A stretch of 31,508 bases of DNA from a virus. Its lineage: Duplodnaviria > Caudoviricetes. The first letter of the stretch is position 1; each line of letters starts with the position of its first letter. The stretch lies in IMG/VR virus record IMGVR_UViG_3300044513_001732, positions 1 through 31,508 of that record; one strand, 5' to 3'. The position numbers and the translations under genes are program-made. The notes beneath the pieces are model-generated. The model did no database searches. It had not been told where the DNA came from and was given only the letters and a program-made list of their open reading frames with translations. This document shows, piece by piece, positions 1 to 9,507 of this stretch.

Positions 1-1
1 A

Positions 2-451
2 TATTGGAATGACCGGATGTGTAGCGGCCCTATTATTGACCGCAAAAATCCAGAAGTTTACAATATCATTGAGAAATACATTGATAAAATGGCGCATGAG
101 GTTGAAAAGTTTTTCAATGTTAAAGTCTATGGGCGTGCCCCTGTTTTAATGCGATGGTTTGAAGGCATAGAGCAACAGCCGCACGCAGATAAAGAATTAA
201 ACGATGGTAGTCCGAATCCATTTCCAACATATGATTTAAACTCACTGTTTTACTACAACGATGACTTTACTGGTGGTGAACTATATTTCCCACAGCACGA
301 TATTGAGATTACCCCTAAGCCGGGATTAGCGTTAATGTTTGTTGGAGACCGTAACTATCTACACGGAGTTCGCCCGATTACCAGCGGCGAAAGATGGACT
401 ACACCCTCGTTTTATACGGTGGTAGAAAATCTGCGAGAATCCACGTCATGA
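2..451 (+). CDS. Fe(II)/2OG dioxygenase (prolyl-4-hydroxylase-like), probably 5'-truncated by window edge
   Basis: Frame open from position 2 (YWNDRMCS...); HxD (PHAD), YYNDDFTGGELYFP, distal His (YLHGV), Arg (GERW). Confidence 0.9.
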   Translation, partial: YWNDRMCSGPIIDRKNPEVYNIIEKYIDKMAHEVEKFFNVKVYGRAPVLMRWFEGIEQQPHADKELNDGSPNPFPTYDLNSLFYYNDDFTGGELYFPQHDIEITPKPGLALMFVGDRNYLHGVRPITSGERWTTPSFYTVVENLRESTS

Positions 452-1020
452 AAGAAAAAGACGGTGTAGTAGTTGTACCTAACTTCATACCTCCTGATGT
501 AATGTCAGTGTGTACTGAAGAAATTGCAGAGTTAGAGCGTTACGATATAGTTGGCCATGAGCATGATAAATTTATCCAAATGGGAGAGAGCGATGTTTTG
601 CGCCCCCTAATGGATGATTTAAAACTGAGTGTTAAAAACTTTATTGAAGATTACTACTCATGTGTTGTAGGTCAGGAAGAACTTGCATCTCTGGTTAGCG
701 GGCTTCCGGGGTGGGAACTACAATTACATTCAGATAACTTTGAAGACAAGACTCTCAACCTAGAGACTTACTCAGGATACCCTTCTCGTGACATTTCAAC
801 GCTACTGTATTTTAACAACCACGGTGTTGACTTTACTGGAGGGGAATTATTTATGGCAAAGCAAGACCTTTTTATATTCCCAAAAGCCGGAACCCTTGTA
901 GCGTTCCCGTCGTCTGATAATTATCTGCATCAAGTAGGTAAAATTGAATCAGGTGAGAGACTCAACACAACTACCTTTTGGCATATACTTGAAAGATTTG
1001 ACTCCACCCGCTACGTTTGA
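448..1020 (+). CDS. Fe(II)/2OG dioxygenase (P4H-like)
   Basis: ATG 448 overlaps upstream TGA (ATGA); LHSD, FTGGELF, YLHQV, GERL. Confidence 0.9.
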   Translation: MKEKDGVVVVPNFIPPDVMSVCTEEIAELERYDIVGHEHDKFIQMGESDVLRPLMDDLKLSVKNFIEDYYSCVVGQEELASLVSGLPGWELQLHSDNFEDKTLNLETYSGYPSRDISTLLYFNNHGVDFTGGELFMAKQDLFIFPKAGTLVAFPSSDNYLHQVGKIESGERLNTTTFWHILERFDSTRYV

Positions 1021-1026
1021 TACGAT
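998..1026 (+). promoter_or_regulatory. sigma70-type promoter for leaderless mRNA
   Basis: TTGACT-17-TACGAT, ATG 6 nt after -10, no SD. Confidence 0.6.
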
Positions 1027-1032
1027 AACAAC

Positions 1033-1896
1033 ATGAGTTACGGTAATCACAACACTGAATCAAAGTTTAACTACGAGTATATTGGCGATCCTCATTTGGG
1101 AATCGTGGTGTATAAGAATTGTTTAGACGGGGTAGACTATGTTCCTACTCGCCTACATAAAGCGTTGGACGACAGTGAGCATGATTACTTTAAGTGGCAC
1201 GACTCACTGGTTGGTGAAGGTGTCAAGATGCCCGAGTACCGAGACTGTGTAGACTTTAAGATGGCTGAAGAGTACATTCCTAACACTCCTTCAGAGTTTT
1301 CTGAGGTTGTTGGAGTTTACACAGATGTATCTTCTAGGATTAACGACGGTCTTAAGCATTATCAGAGCATGTACAACATCACTATGCGTTACATGGAAGC
1401 AATCAACTTTGTTAAGTATGGTCCGGGCGAGCACTTTGCTGTGCATACTGACCACGGCTTCTCATACATTTGTACTGTGTCTAACATCGTGTATCTCAAT
1501 GATGGCTACGAGGGTGGCGAGTTACACTTTCCGTTACTAGACATCACTTACAAGCCGGAGGCGGGGGACTCTATATTCTTCCCCTCAACGTACATATATG
1601 CCCACGCTTCCCTTCCAGTGACGGAAGGTGTAAAGTATTCAGCGGTCACCATGTTTGACTATAACGATGATGCACATAAGCACGGAGGATTTTCAAGAGA
1701 CTTTGGTCAAACAAATGAACAGCCCGCAAAACCCTCATTTCCCGACGGTGGGCAAGAGCAGGTAATGGGCTTTGACGAAGAGCATTTACGAAAAATTATT
1801 CATGAAGAAATTCATAAGTACGCTGTAGCAAGTTGGGAAGCCCAACAGCAAGCAGGGAACACAAATTATACCTATCAATACGGTACACAATCATGA
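1033..1896 (+). CDS. Fe(II)/2OG dioxygenase (P4H-like) with C-terminal extension
   Basis: VHTD, YLNDGYEGGELHFP, YAHAS, Lys in place of the 2OG-binding Arg (GVKYS). Confidence 0.9.
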   Translation: MSYGNHNTESKFNYEYIGDPHLGIVVYKNCLDGVDYVPTRLHKALDDSEHDYFKWHDSLVGEGVKMPEYRDCVDFKMAEEYIPNTPSEFSEVVGVYTDVSSRINDGLKHYQSMYNITMRYMEAINFVKYGPGEHFAVHTDHGFSYICTVSNIVYLNDGYEGGELHFPLLDITYKPEAGDSIFFPSTYIYAHASLPVTEGVKYSAVTMFDYNDDAHKHGGFSRDFGQTNEQPAKPSFPDGGQEQVMGFDEEHLRKIIHEEIHKYAVASWEAQQQAGNTNYTYQYGTQS

Positions 1897-2624
1897 GCAA
1901 ACTTACTTTAGTAAGAACACATCAAGCCTCTCCACACGTTCAACAATCTGATTTGCGTCGTGACTGGATGGATGACACCTACAATAAACATGCTTACCGC
2001 TGTTTACCGGTTACAATGGCCAATGTTAACGGTTGGGAAGTTTTACTTCCTTGTGATGTTGTCGTTAAGTGGGATGGCGGTCAAACTGTGCCTACATTAA
2101 TTGAAGGAGCCGAGCACGATCACCGCATGGTCGCCAACTGTAATAAAATAGGCATGGTTGACTTTCAGTTAGGGTGGGCTTTTAATACCGAGGAAGGTTA
2201 CCACACATGGCTGACTGGCTCTCCTAACTACTTCGTGGATGGGGCTACCCCGTTGTCTGCCATTATTCCTAGTGACTGGTGGCCTGACGAAGTTCAGATG
2301 GCGTGGAAAATTACAGAGGTGGGTAAAGAAGTGGTATTTCCGAAGGGAACTCCTTTCGCATTCTTTTTTGTTTTTGACACTAACCTAATGCCTAACATGG
2401 AGTGTACGGTTGAGAACTTGTGGGATAAGCCCCAACTAATGGAAGACCGGATGAAGTACAACAAGGCAAAAATGCAAAAAATGCAAGATGAGCCGTGGAC
2501 ATGGATGAATGGAATCCGAACCGGATTAGATGCTGACGGCAATCGGATTGGCCCACGTCATGACGGTTTGGTAGATTTACAAGACCCTGAAATACCGGAG
2601 GTTCCAAATTGGCTTATGCAATGA
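1893..2624 (+). CDS. DUF6065-family protein
   Basis: ATGA overlap; RDWMD..HAYRCLPVTMANVNGW, GSPNYF, FPKGTPF motifs recalled for DUF6065. Confidence 0.75.
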   Translation: MSKLTLVRTHQASPHVQQSDLRRDWMDDTYNKHAYRCLPVTMANVNGWEVLLPCDVVVKWDGGQTVPTLIEGAEHDHRMVANCNKIGMVDFQLGWAFNTEEGYHTWLTGSPNYFVDGATPLSAIIPSDWWPDEVQMAWKITEVGKEVVFPKGTPFAFFFVFDTNLMPNMECTVENLWDKPQLMEDRMKYNKAKMQKMQDEPWTWMNGIRTGLDADGNRIGPRHDGLVDLQDPEIPEVPNWLMQ

Positions 2625-2932
2625 CCGTACACACCCCACTAGGCCATGAAAAGTTTTTGTTACATTTACCTACTGGGGACAACTGCGGTAGTGCCCACAT
2701 GTTTAAGGGCGGTTTAGAGTTTACCGAATATAATCGGATTAACGAAACTTATGTTCTTTCTGCGTTTTCTAACGTACCGTTCGACTGTATGGTTCGTATC
2801 CAGTGCACACCAGTTGCCGATATGCTGGCGGGGACGGTAGAGATAATTGACCCAGATACCGGTAAGCAAATGTTTTCGTGCCCTGTTGAGGGCAAGGTTT
2901 CTGACAACCCACATCCTTGGAGCGAGCAATGA
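2621..2932 (+). CDS. hypothetical protein
   Basis: ATGA overlaps at both ends. Confidence 0.7.
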   Translation: MTVHTPLGHEKFLLHLPTGDNCGSAHMFKGGLEFTEYNRINETYVLSAFSNVPFDCMVRIQCTPVADMLAGTVEIIDPDTGKQMFSCPVEGKVSDNPHPWSEQ

Positions 2933-3546
2933 GCATTTATGACATTCAGATGAATTCAATTGATGGCGATCCAGACTTCTTGCAGCAGTTTGAAGGCAAG
3001 GTTACTCTCGTGGTCAACACAGTTTCAAAGTTAGGGTACACTCCACGCTGTAGTACGTTTTGGTCGTTTGCTCGCACTACCCGACAGTTCTGGCAATTGC
3101 AACAAGTGCATGACGAGTTTAAGGACAGGGGTTTTAGCGTTGTTGCTTTTCCGTGTAATCAGTTTGGAAAAATGGAGCCGTCTGAGAATAGTGAAATCTC
3201 TGCTTGGATGAAACAGTCGTATCCGTTCGTTAATTTCCCTATGTCAGAAAAAATTGACGTAAATGGTAAAGAAGCCAGCCTAGTTTATTCGGCGTTACTT
3301 GGGAACGTGGTTCGGGTTAAGGATGCTTCTCCTGCCGATACTTCCGAGGCTGCTTTTGAAGGTTGGAATAAGGCTGGAGGTGCGGTTGCACGTATTTCTC
3401 ACAGTTGGGAAAAGTTTGTTGTTGGTCGTGATGGCCAGATGATTACACGGTTTAATTGGCAGAGCGACCCGCTAGACGATGTTCCTTTAACTACCGGTGA
3501 AAGTTGGACAATACGAGAGTGCATTGACGAAGTACTGGACTATTAA
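2929..3546 (+). CDS. glutathione-peroxidase-fold protein with altered active site
   Basis: GKVTLVVNT, GFSVVAFPCNQFG, EKIDVNG, EKFVVGRDG; peroxidatic Cys position reads SKLGYT. Confidence 0.85.
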   Translation: MSIYDIQMNSIDGDPDFLQQFEGKVTLVVNTVSKLGYTPRCSTFWSFARTTRQFWQLQQVHDEFKDRGFSVVAFPCNQFGKMEPSENSEISAWMKQSYPFVNFPMSEKIDVNGKEASLVYSALLGNVVRVKDASPADTSEAAFEGWNKAGGAVARISHSWEKFVVGRDGQMITRFNWQSDPLDDVPLTTGESWTIRECIDEVLDY

Positions 3547-3578
3547 TCGGTATAATAATATCGGAGGAAGGTGTTGCC

Positions 3579-4424
3579 ATGCGTCTAACTAACAGCGTAC
3601 AGAAGATTGCCCTTGAAGACAAGTTAAGTAAGTTGCGTCCCTTGTTGGACGTATCTATTCGTGATGCCGGTTTTGATCCTGCCGACTATGCCGATGTTCA
3701 GGGTCTAATTGATTCGTTACCGTCTATGCTAAATACTGTTAATGATGGTGCGACTGATAGGTTTGCAAAAGTTTATAGGCTTTGGGCGTCCGTTCCAAAA
3801 GAAGATAATAAAGACCATTGGATGTACCCACTGTGTTCGGCAACAGACACCCACCTCTCTAAAACATTGGATGAACTTTATGGTCGTGAAGACTATAAGT
3901 CGATGGTGTTAGAGCATATTGAAGACTTCCTTAGCATGATTGTAAAGCACCTTACCTTGTTTCACGAGCCTGACTTGGGGTACATTATTTACACACAGGT
4001 AAGTGCTTCAGGAGATGGGCTTTTGGCACGAACCGCTTTAATCCACCCCTACTTTGGGTCACCGACGTTACATGAGTTTTTCAAACTAATGCTAGAATGG
4101 CAGTGGGCAAAGTATCATGCGGATAATGATGAGCCAGTTGCTCATCTTGCCGACAGACTCCTAACTCATTTCGGCCTACACGTAGACGAGACGGATTCTA
4201 ATAAAGTTGTGAAAGACTTAATGGCTTTACCTGATCAGCAGATAGCACAGTACTTTAAGACAGGCACATGTATTGCTAATGCGGATGAGCCGGAAATGCC
4301 GATGTCTTTCAGGTTATGGGCGGCAGAGAATGGCCTGATGGAGCAACCACGCCCGCTACTTGCACAACTATATAAAGATTGTGTATCATATAAGAATACA
4401 GAGAACGATTTAGCACGATTGTGA
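3579..4424 (+). CDS. hypothetical protein
   Basis: 281 aa ORF, GGAGG SD, TATAAT at 3551. Confidence 0.8.
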   Translation: MRLTNSVQKIALEDKLSKLRPLLDVSIRDAGFDPADYADVQGLIDSLPSMLNTVNDGATDRFAKVYRLWASVPKEDNKDHWMYPLCSATDTHLSKTLDELYGREDYKSMVLEHIEDFLSMIVKHLTLFHEPDLGYIIYTQVSASGDGLLARTALIHPYFGSPTLHEFFKLMLEWQWAKYHADNDEPVAHLADRLLTHFGLHVDETDSNKVVKDLMALPDQQIAQYFKTGTCIANADEPEMPMSFRLWAAENGLMEQPRPLLAQLYKDCVSYKNTENDLARL

Positions 4425-4431
4425 GGAACTT

Positions 4432-4650
4432 ATGGCTGTAACCGTTTCAGAAGCACAACGCCAGAAGGCAAAGGAAAAGGCAATTGATTTTTTGAATCAG
4501 AATATTGTCTCTATGGCGATGATGTTGAATGTAGACACTTCAACTCTTGATTCAAGTTTTGTTATCCCGGTTGCTGAGGCTGACGCTGATTATCCTGCGT
4601 ACCGGTCTTTGTTAACTATGGTAGAGAATTTAGAAGCATTAGAGTCATGA
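4432..4650 (+). CDS. hypothetical protein
   Basis: GAGG SD, operon context. Confidence 0.7.
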   Translation: MAVTVSEAQRQKAKEKAIDFLNQNIVSMAMMLNVDTSTLDSSFVIPVAEADADYPAYRSLLTMVENLEALES

Positions 4651-4922
4651 AGAAGTATACCGTAACTGATGGTGCCGTGGAAACTGAGGCACAAGCCCGA
4701 GGTGTTGATATTAATGCTTTTGGCGAGTCCGACGAAGGCCCCGAACCGACTGACGCTTCACATGTTGCTGAAGAGCCAGTAAAGTTTGATACGTCCACGA
4801 CAGCGTGGAATGTTCCATCAGGCGACGGGTTCCTGTGCCATTTCTATTCGGGTGACACTGATCCGTTACGCACTGCGCTGCCCTTGACCGCTGAGAGTTT
4901 GGATGAGTTTGCTGATGAGTAG
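4647..4922 (+). CDS. hypothetical acidic protein
   Basis: ATGA overlap, operon context. Confidence 0.7.
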   Translation: MKKYTVTDGAVETEAQARGVDINAFGESDEGPEPTDASHVAEEPVKFDTSTTAWNVPSGDGFLCHFYSGDTDPLRTALPLTAESLDEFADE

Positions 4923-5214
4923 AACTGGAAATGCTAGTACACCCGCATACGATGCTGCTGCTGACTTGGCTCACGTAGAACGGGAATTAATTACCGTTAT
5001 GTATGTTTTGGGTATGGCAACAGACAATATTTCATCTTCATCGTTTGATGATATTGTTGCTCAGATCAAATCGACTTTCCCGTTCTTGCGTTTGGAGGAA
5101 GGTCGCAGTTTGGCGTCTAATGATGCGTTAAAGGAAGTTAATGTGCTTCTGATGGTTAACGTGCGGCGATTGTGGCACCGCTTTCAGTTAGCAAGGAGTA
5201 TTGTCAATGGATAA
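4915..5214 (+). CDS. hypothetical protein
   Basis: Overlapping operon ORF; start could be 4903. Confidence 0.7.
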   Translation: MSRTGNASTPAYDAAADLAHVERELITVMYVLGMATDNISSSSFDDIVAQIKSTFPFLRLEEGRSLASNDALKEVNVLLMVNVRRLWHRFQLARSIVNG

Positions 5215-5950
5215 GATTTTAGGTAACAAGTTTTTAATTGCAAACGCCCTCACGTATGAGTTTTCTAAAAACTCTTCTCAAGCGTTGGATTATAACTTCT
5301 TTGCTGTTTACGACGACATTGTTCGTGCTGTAAACACGGATTGGACTTCTCGTAGCCTTGATCGTAGATCAATTGCGGTTGGAACCGATTTTTACCTTCA
5401 TGTCTGGGATTTACTTTCAGGTAAGGTTTCTGGCTGGAAGGAAATGGTGTACATTTCTACAGGAATCTATTCGCAGATGGTTGTCGATTTGGTTAAGCCT
5501 ACTACCGCTCTCGTGGCTTCGCCGGACAGGAACTTTGACTTTGTGGCTGACCTGAACAGAAAGGGTGTTGCTCTTACGTTTCTTAACAACGATTGTCTAC
5601 AGGCTTTTGAGGCACACGTTTTGACGCACCCTGAGTATCCATTTACTGGTGACTACACTGTGATTGAAGTCGAAGAACTAGAAGCCATGACCGAGCCGCA
5701 GTTTGATTTGGTTCATATGCATTCCCCAGACTTGACTATCAACTCTGGTTTAGTAGATAAAATTGTTGACGTTACTAACTCAGGTGGAGCGATTTACATT
5801 TCTGCTGCTAACGAGATGATGCGTCTGTACTCACCAGACTACTACATTGAGCCGCTGTACGACATGTACGAAGCGCTAGACGACCGTACAGACATTACAA
5901 GTTATCACATTCCCCACGCTATTGGGTTCCAAATCTTAGTTAAGCAGTAA
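5207..5950 (+). CDS. class I SAM-methyltransferase-like protein with degenerate motif I
   Basis: LVKPTTALVA, QFDLVHMH, TNSGGAIYIS resemble O-methyltransferase segments; no GxGxG. Confidence 0.5.
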   Translation: MDKILGNKFLIANALTYEFSKNSSQALDYNFFAVYDDIVRAVNTDWTSRSLDRRSIAVGTDFYLHVWDLLSGKVSGWKEMVYISTGIYSQMVVDLVKPTTALVASPDRNFDFVADLNRKGVALTFLNNDCLQAFEAHVLTHPEYPFTGDYTVIEVEELEAMTEPQFDLVHMHSPDLTINSGLVDKIVDVTNSGGAIYISAANEMMRLYSPDYYIEPLYDMYEALDDRTDITSYHIPHAIGFQILVKQ

Positions 5951-5951
5951 A

Positions 5952-7019
5952 ATGACAGACGAAAATATTCAGCCCGAAGACTGGCGTAGCGGTGACCCGC
6001 ACCCTGACACTCCTACAATTGATGACGATGCCGTCAAGGAAATTGGCGAGTTTGAAGTAGAGGACTTGGGAGGCGGCGTACTAGTTTTCCGCAACGCTGT
6101 AAAGGGTGACACCGAAGAAGTTTTCAAGTATATTGACGCACAGTCTGAAGTGTCTCATCAAAACAGGTGGGAGTACATCGTTGGTGAGGATGGTGAAAAG
6201 TATGGAATCAATGAAGATGGATTCCGTTACCGCCCTGAAGATATTCCAGCAACTCCTGTACGACTGCTTCATCCTGTTACTGAAGAGACGCCTGACGTTC
6301 CCCGTGAGTTCTTCCACAACATGGAAGACACTATTTACAAGGCGTTAATTCGTTACATTGACTACTTCCCTCTCATTGTTGGATGTGTGTGGTGGAAGAA
6401 CCGTGGACACATTCTTCGCTACGCTGACGAGGGAATCCTCGGCGCTCACTGCGACAATGATACAAACTATAAAGTCACTGAAGGGGTCAGATACATGCCT
6501 CGTGGACAGATGGCCGCACGACAGACCTGCGGATGTCTTGTGTACCTAAACGACTCGGTGGATAGTGAGGAAGAGTTAGACGGCACCAACTTCACAGGGG
6601 GCGTTCTAGAGTTCTTCCACCTCGGCATTGAGTACAAGCCCAAGAAGGGCGACATCGTGTTCTTCCCCACGAACTACATGGCCTCACATCAGGTTAGTCG
6701 TATGGATGCCGGTGTGCGGTATAGTTACCTGTCTTTCTTTGGTCAGGGTTCCCCGCACCAAGAGGCTAATATTAACATTGTTGAACCTGCTGACAGTTAT
6801 CAGTGGTGCCCTGCGATGTGGATGAACAACATTTACGACGACTACGAAAAGTATTGCAAGTCAGAGTATTCACGATTCTCCACTGGCGAAGAGCAGAACA
6901 TTGGCATCAATCCTGTCTATCAGGGTCGGTGTGTAGCGCAGTACGGTACCACTCACGATGCTGAAACGGTAGATGACTCGGCTAACTGCGGAACTGACGG
7001 TGTACCAATCGAATCATGA
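5952..7019 (+). CDS. Fe(II)/2OG dioxygenase (paralogue family A)
   Basis: EDLGGGV, CVWWKNRGH, GAHCD, FPTNYMASHQV, GVRYSYL. Confidence 0.9.
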   Translation: MTDENIQPEDWRSGDPHPDTPTIDDDAVKEIGEFEVEDLGGGVLVFRNAVKGDTEEVFKYIDAQSEVSHQNRWEYIVGEDGEKYGINEDGFRYRPEDIPATPVRLLHPVTEETPDVPREFFHNMEDTIYKALIRYIDYFPLIVGCVWWKNRGHILRYADEGILGAHCDNDTNYKVTEGVRYMPRGQMAARQTCGCLVYLNDSVDSEEELDGTNFTGGVLEFFHLGIEYKPKKGDIVFFPTNYMASHQVSRMDAGVRYSYLSFFGQGSPHQEANINIVEPADSYQWCPAMWMNNIYDDYEKYCKSEYSRFSTGEEQNIGINPVYQGRCVAQYGTTHDAETVDDSANCGTDGVPIES

Positions 7020-7837
7020 TTGATGTAGTCCGTTGCTCGTATGCGGATATCATGCGTGACCCTGAATACTTTGCTTGGAAGTTTCTTCACGATGGGGTTT
7101 TCGGTATACGTGGTTTGCACGCCACGGAAGAACAACAGTTAGATATTATTCTGGCTATTGGTGACTACGTAGGTTGGACGCCTAGACACGCTGATTTTGA
7201 TGAAAGTTTGCTAAGGCGGTATGAGGAAGATCACTCGCACACATTTAAACATAAGGAGCATACTGAGAAAGACCTGTCTGTAAACTGGCACTTAGAGCAT
7301 GTTTTTTCTTCACTGGAAAACTCTACGGTAGCGGGGTTTTGGAATATGTTGAAGTTTGATTGCTCACCTACCGTTGGTATGACTTACTTTAGAGATAATT
7401 CTAAGTTAATAGAATTTTTACCAATAGAGGTTGTAGACTTTATGAGAAAGTCAGTAATTTCTAGTTCTGAGATTACTGACAGAAAAGGTAACTTAACTTC
7501 TGTAAACCACAGAAACGCAATAGAGAAGCATCCTTTTAAAGATTCTGAAGTGTTGCGGATATGCCAAGGAGATATTAAGTTAGTTTCTTTTGATGGGCGT
7601 GAGCCTACCATATCGGAGCATGAACAGTTCCATCAGCACGTAGCAACGATTGAGATAGAGATAGTTTACAATTCATCGAAGAGGTTAATATGGAACTGGG
7701 AAGTTGGCGATTTACTCGTAAGTGATTTGTTTGTAATGTCTCATGCTGTTGCAGGCGGTTTCAAGCCGGGAGAACGAAAGTTCTTAGGTTACTTCTGTAG
7801 CCACCCCTCCATTGACAGCGATTATTTGTTTCAGTAA
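7016..7837 (+). CDS. TauD/TfdA-family Fe(II)/2OG dioxygenase
   Basis: GVFGIRG, WHLEH (HxE), GMTYF, HPF, WEVGDLLVSD..MSHAV..GER. Confidence 0.8.
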   Translation: MIDVVRCSYADIMRDPEYFAWKFLHDGVFGIRGLHATEEQQLDIILAIGDYVGWTPRHADFDESLLRRYEEDHSHTFKHKEHTEKDLSVNWHLEHVFSSLENSTVAGFWNMLKFDCSPTVGMTYFRDNSKLIEFLPIEVVDFMRKSVISSSEITDRKGNLTSVNHRNAIEKHPFKDSEVLRICQGDIKLVSFDGREPTISEHEQFHQHVATIEIEIVYNSSKRLIWNWEVGDLLVSDLFVMSHAVAGGFKPGERKFLGYFCSHPSIDSDYLFQ

Positions 7838-7840
7838 AAT
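7812..7840 (+). promoter_or_regulatory. sigma70-type promoter for leaderless mRNA
   Basis: TTGACA-17-TAAAAT, ATG 6 nt after -10. Confidence 0.75.
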
Positions 7841-7846
7841 ATCTGT

Positions 7847-8740
7847 ATGTTTATCAAGTACAATGACCCAGAGCCTGAAGATTTAGGCGGTGGCGTAGTT
7901 ATTTTCCGTAACGCTGTTTCTTGTGATTGGGATAAAGTATATGACGAAATTTCTGTTTTAGTAGACGAAGAATATGCGAGCATGTACACTGAAGTTACCG
8001 ATCCTGAAACCGGTGAGATTGCCTACGAGAACAAGAGTGGGTATTTGTTTGGATTAGAAACCTATGAGTCCATGCCCCGTAGGGGATCGTCACTTCACCT
8101 GAACCCCAGTGCAGATGTTCGTGAGTTGTTAAACGAACTAGAGGCTGCTAAAGATGCGTGCCTATTAAAGTACTTTGCATGTTATCCTTTGGCGTACAAC
8201 TGTGTGTGGTGGAAGGTGAAAGGGCACGTCGTTTCTTACGGAGATGGAGTATACCTCGGATCACACTCAGATATTAGCGCTGAGTATATATACGGAGTTC
8301 ATCGCACGTCGCAAGAGTTAGCCCTACGTAATGTCGTGTCTAACGTGACATACCTAAACTCATCGGTATCAGAAGCCGAACTAGACGGTAGAAACTTTAC
8401 TGAAGGTACGCACAACTTCAACTATTTAGACATTGATCCGATTATTCCTGAAGCGGGAACAATTATATTCTTCCCATCCAATTACGTTGCTGCCCACGAA
8501 GTTCGTCCCGTCGGAAAGGGTAGGAGAATGTCGTACTTGGGGTGGTACTCTCAAGGCACACCCAACCCTGCCGTAAGAGAAGACGTTGTTGACCCGCTAC
8601 AGAATCCAGAAGGGGCAGAAGTCAGCACTAACGTGTGGATGCCTACACTGCGAGAAGATTATCGGGCATTTTTAGATGAGCGTGGCTACGACCACAACTC
8701 AGAGCAATATCGTACTACTTTACTTAATTCGGAGGGATAA
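7847..8740 (+). CDS. Fe(II)/2OG dioxygenase (paralogue family A)
   Basis: EDLGGGV, CVWWKVKGH, GSHSD, FPSNYVAAHEV, GRRMSYL. Confidence 0.9.
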   Translation: MFIKYNDPEPEDLGGGVVIFRNAVSCDWDKVYDEISVLVDEEYASMYTEVTDPETGEIAYENKSGYLFGLETYESMPRRGSSLHLNPSADVRELLNELEAAKDACLLKYFACYPLAYNCVWWKVKGHVVSYGDGVYLGSHSDISAEYIYGVHRTSQELALRNVVSNVTYLNSSVSEAELDGRNFTEGTHNFNYLDIDPIIPEAGTIIFFPSNYVAAHEVRPVGKGRRMSYLGWYSQGTPNPAVREDVVDPLQNPEGAEVSTNVWMPTLREDYRAFLDERGYDHNSEQYRTTLLNSEG

Positions 8741-9507
8741 TGATTACATCAGAACATATTGGCATGGGGGTAGTTATTTGTCGTAACGTGTTAGACATTG
8801 ATCCTGACTTTTTTGCAGAATACTGCGGTTGGTTGACCGGTCAATCTGAGCAAACTTTCAAGTTTGAAAAAGATCATGCTGTTAATCAGACAGGATTCAA
8901 GTTTAGTATTGAGGATATCGGTATGGCACCCCAACGGTTCCTAGATACCCGTGGACGCAACCGTAATGAAGAAGTGCCTCAGAAGTACTTAGACTTTGTT
9001 GACTCATGCGAAGATGCGTTGTACTGTGCCCTTGTTGAGTACTGTAAGATTTTCCCCGATGCGGCCACGACTGCTTGGTGGCGACCACAAGGTCACGTTG
9101 CCGTATATGATGCAGGGCAGAACATAGGCCCTCATTGCGATGATCAGGTTCCTTTTGAGTGGGGCGAGTCTCCACCGAACCAAGTGTCAATGCACAATAG
9201 CACCAGTATAAATCTTTATCTAAACAACTGTGGAACCGATTATACCGGTGGCGAAATTAACTTCCCTCATGCCGGTCAAGCATTTGCTCCTGAGGCTGGC
9301 TCTGTTGCCATATACCCGTCTAGTTATGTTGGCCGTCACGAAGTCTATCCTGTAGAATCTGGAAGGCGGGTCGCATTTTTAAGTATGGCCTGCTACGGTG
9401 TTGATACCACCAACAATGAAGTTGTTGGGCAGGAAGGCCCTAGAATTTGGATGCCTGATCTAATTAAAGACAGTCAGGAAGGGTCGATGGGCGGACGACG
9501 ATCATAG
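8740..9507 (+). CDS. Fe(II)/2OG dioxygenase (paralogue family A)
   Basis: EHIGMGV, AWWRPQGH, GPHCD, YTGGEINFP, GRHEV, GRRVAFL. Confidence 0.9.
   Translation: MITSEHIGMGVVICRNVLDIDPDFFAEYCGWLTGQSEQTFKFEKDHAVNQTGFKFSIEDIGMAPQRFLDTRGRNRNEEVPQKYLDFVDSCEDALYCALVEYCKIFPDAATTAWWRPQGHVAVYDAGQNIGPHCDDQVPFEWGESPPNQVSMHNSTSINLYLNNCGTDYTGGEINFPHAGQAFAPEAGSVAIYPSSYVGRHEVYPVESGRRVAFLSMACYGVDTTNNEVVGQEGPRIWMPDLIKDSQEGSMGGRRS

Noticed and set aside
3020-3045. Selenocysteine recoding in the GPx-like gene
   Set aside because: The active-site codon is TTA, there is no in-frame TGA, and no SECIS is evident
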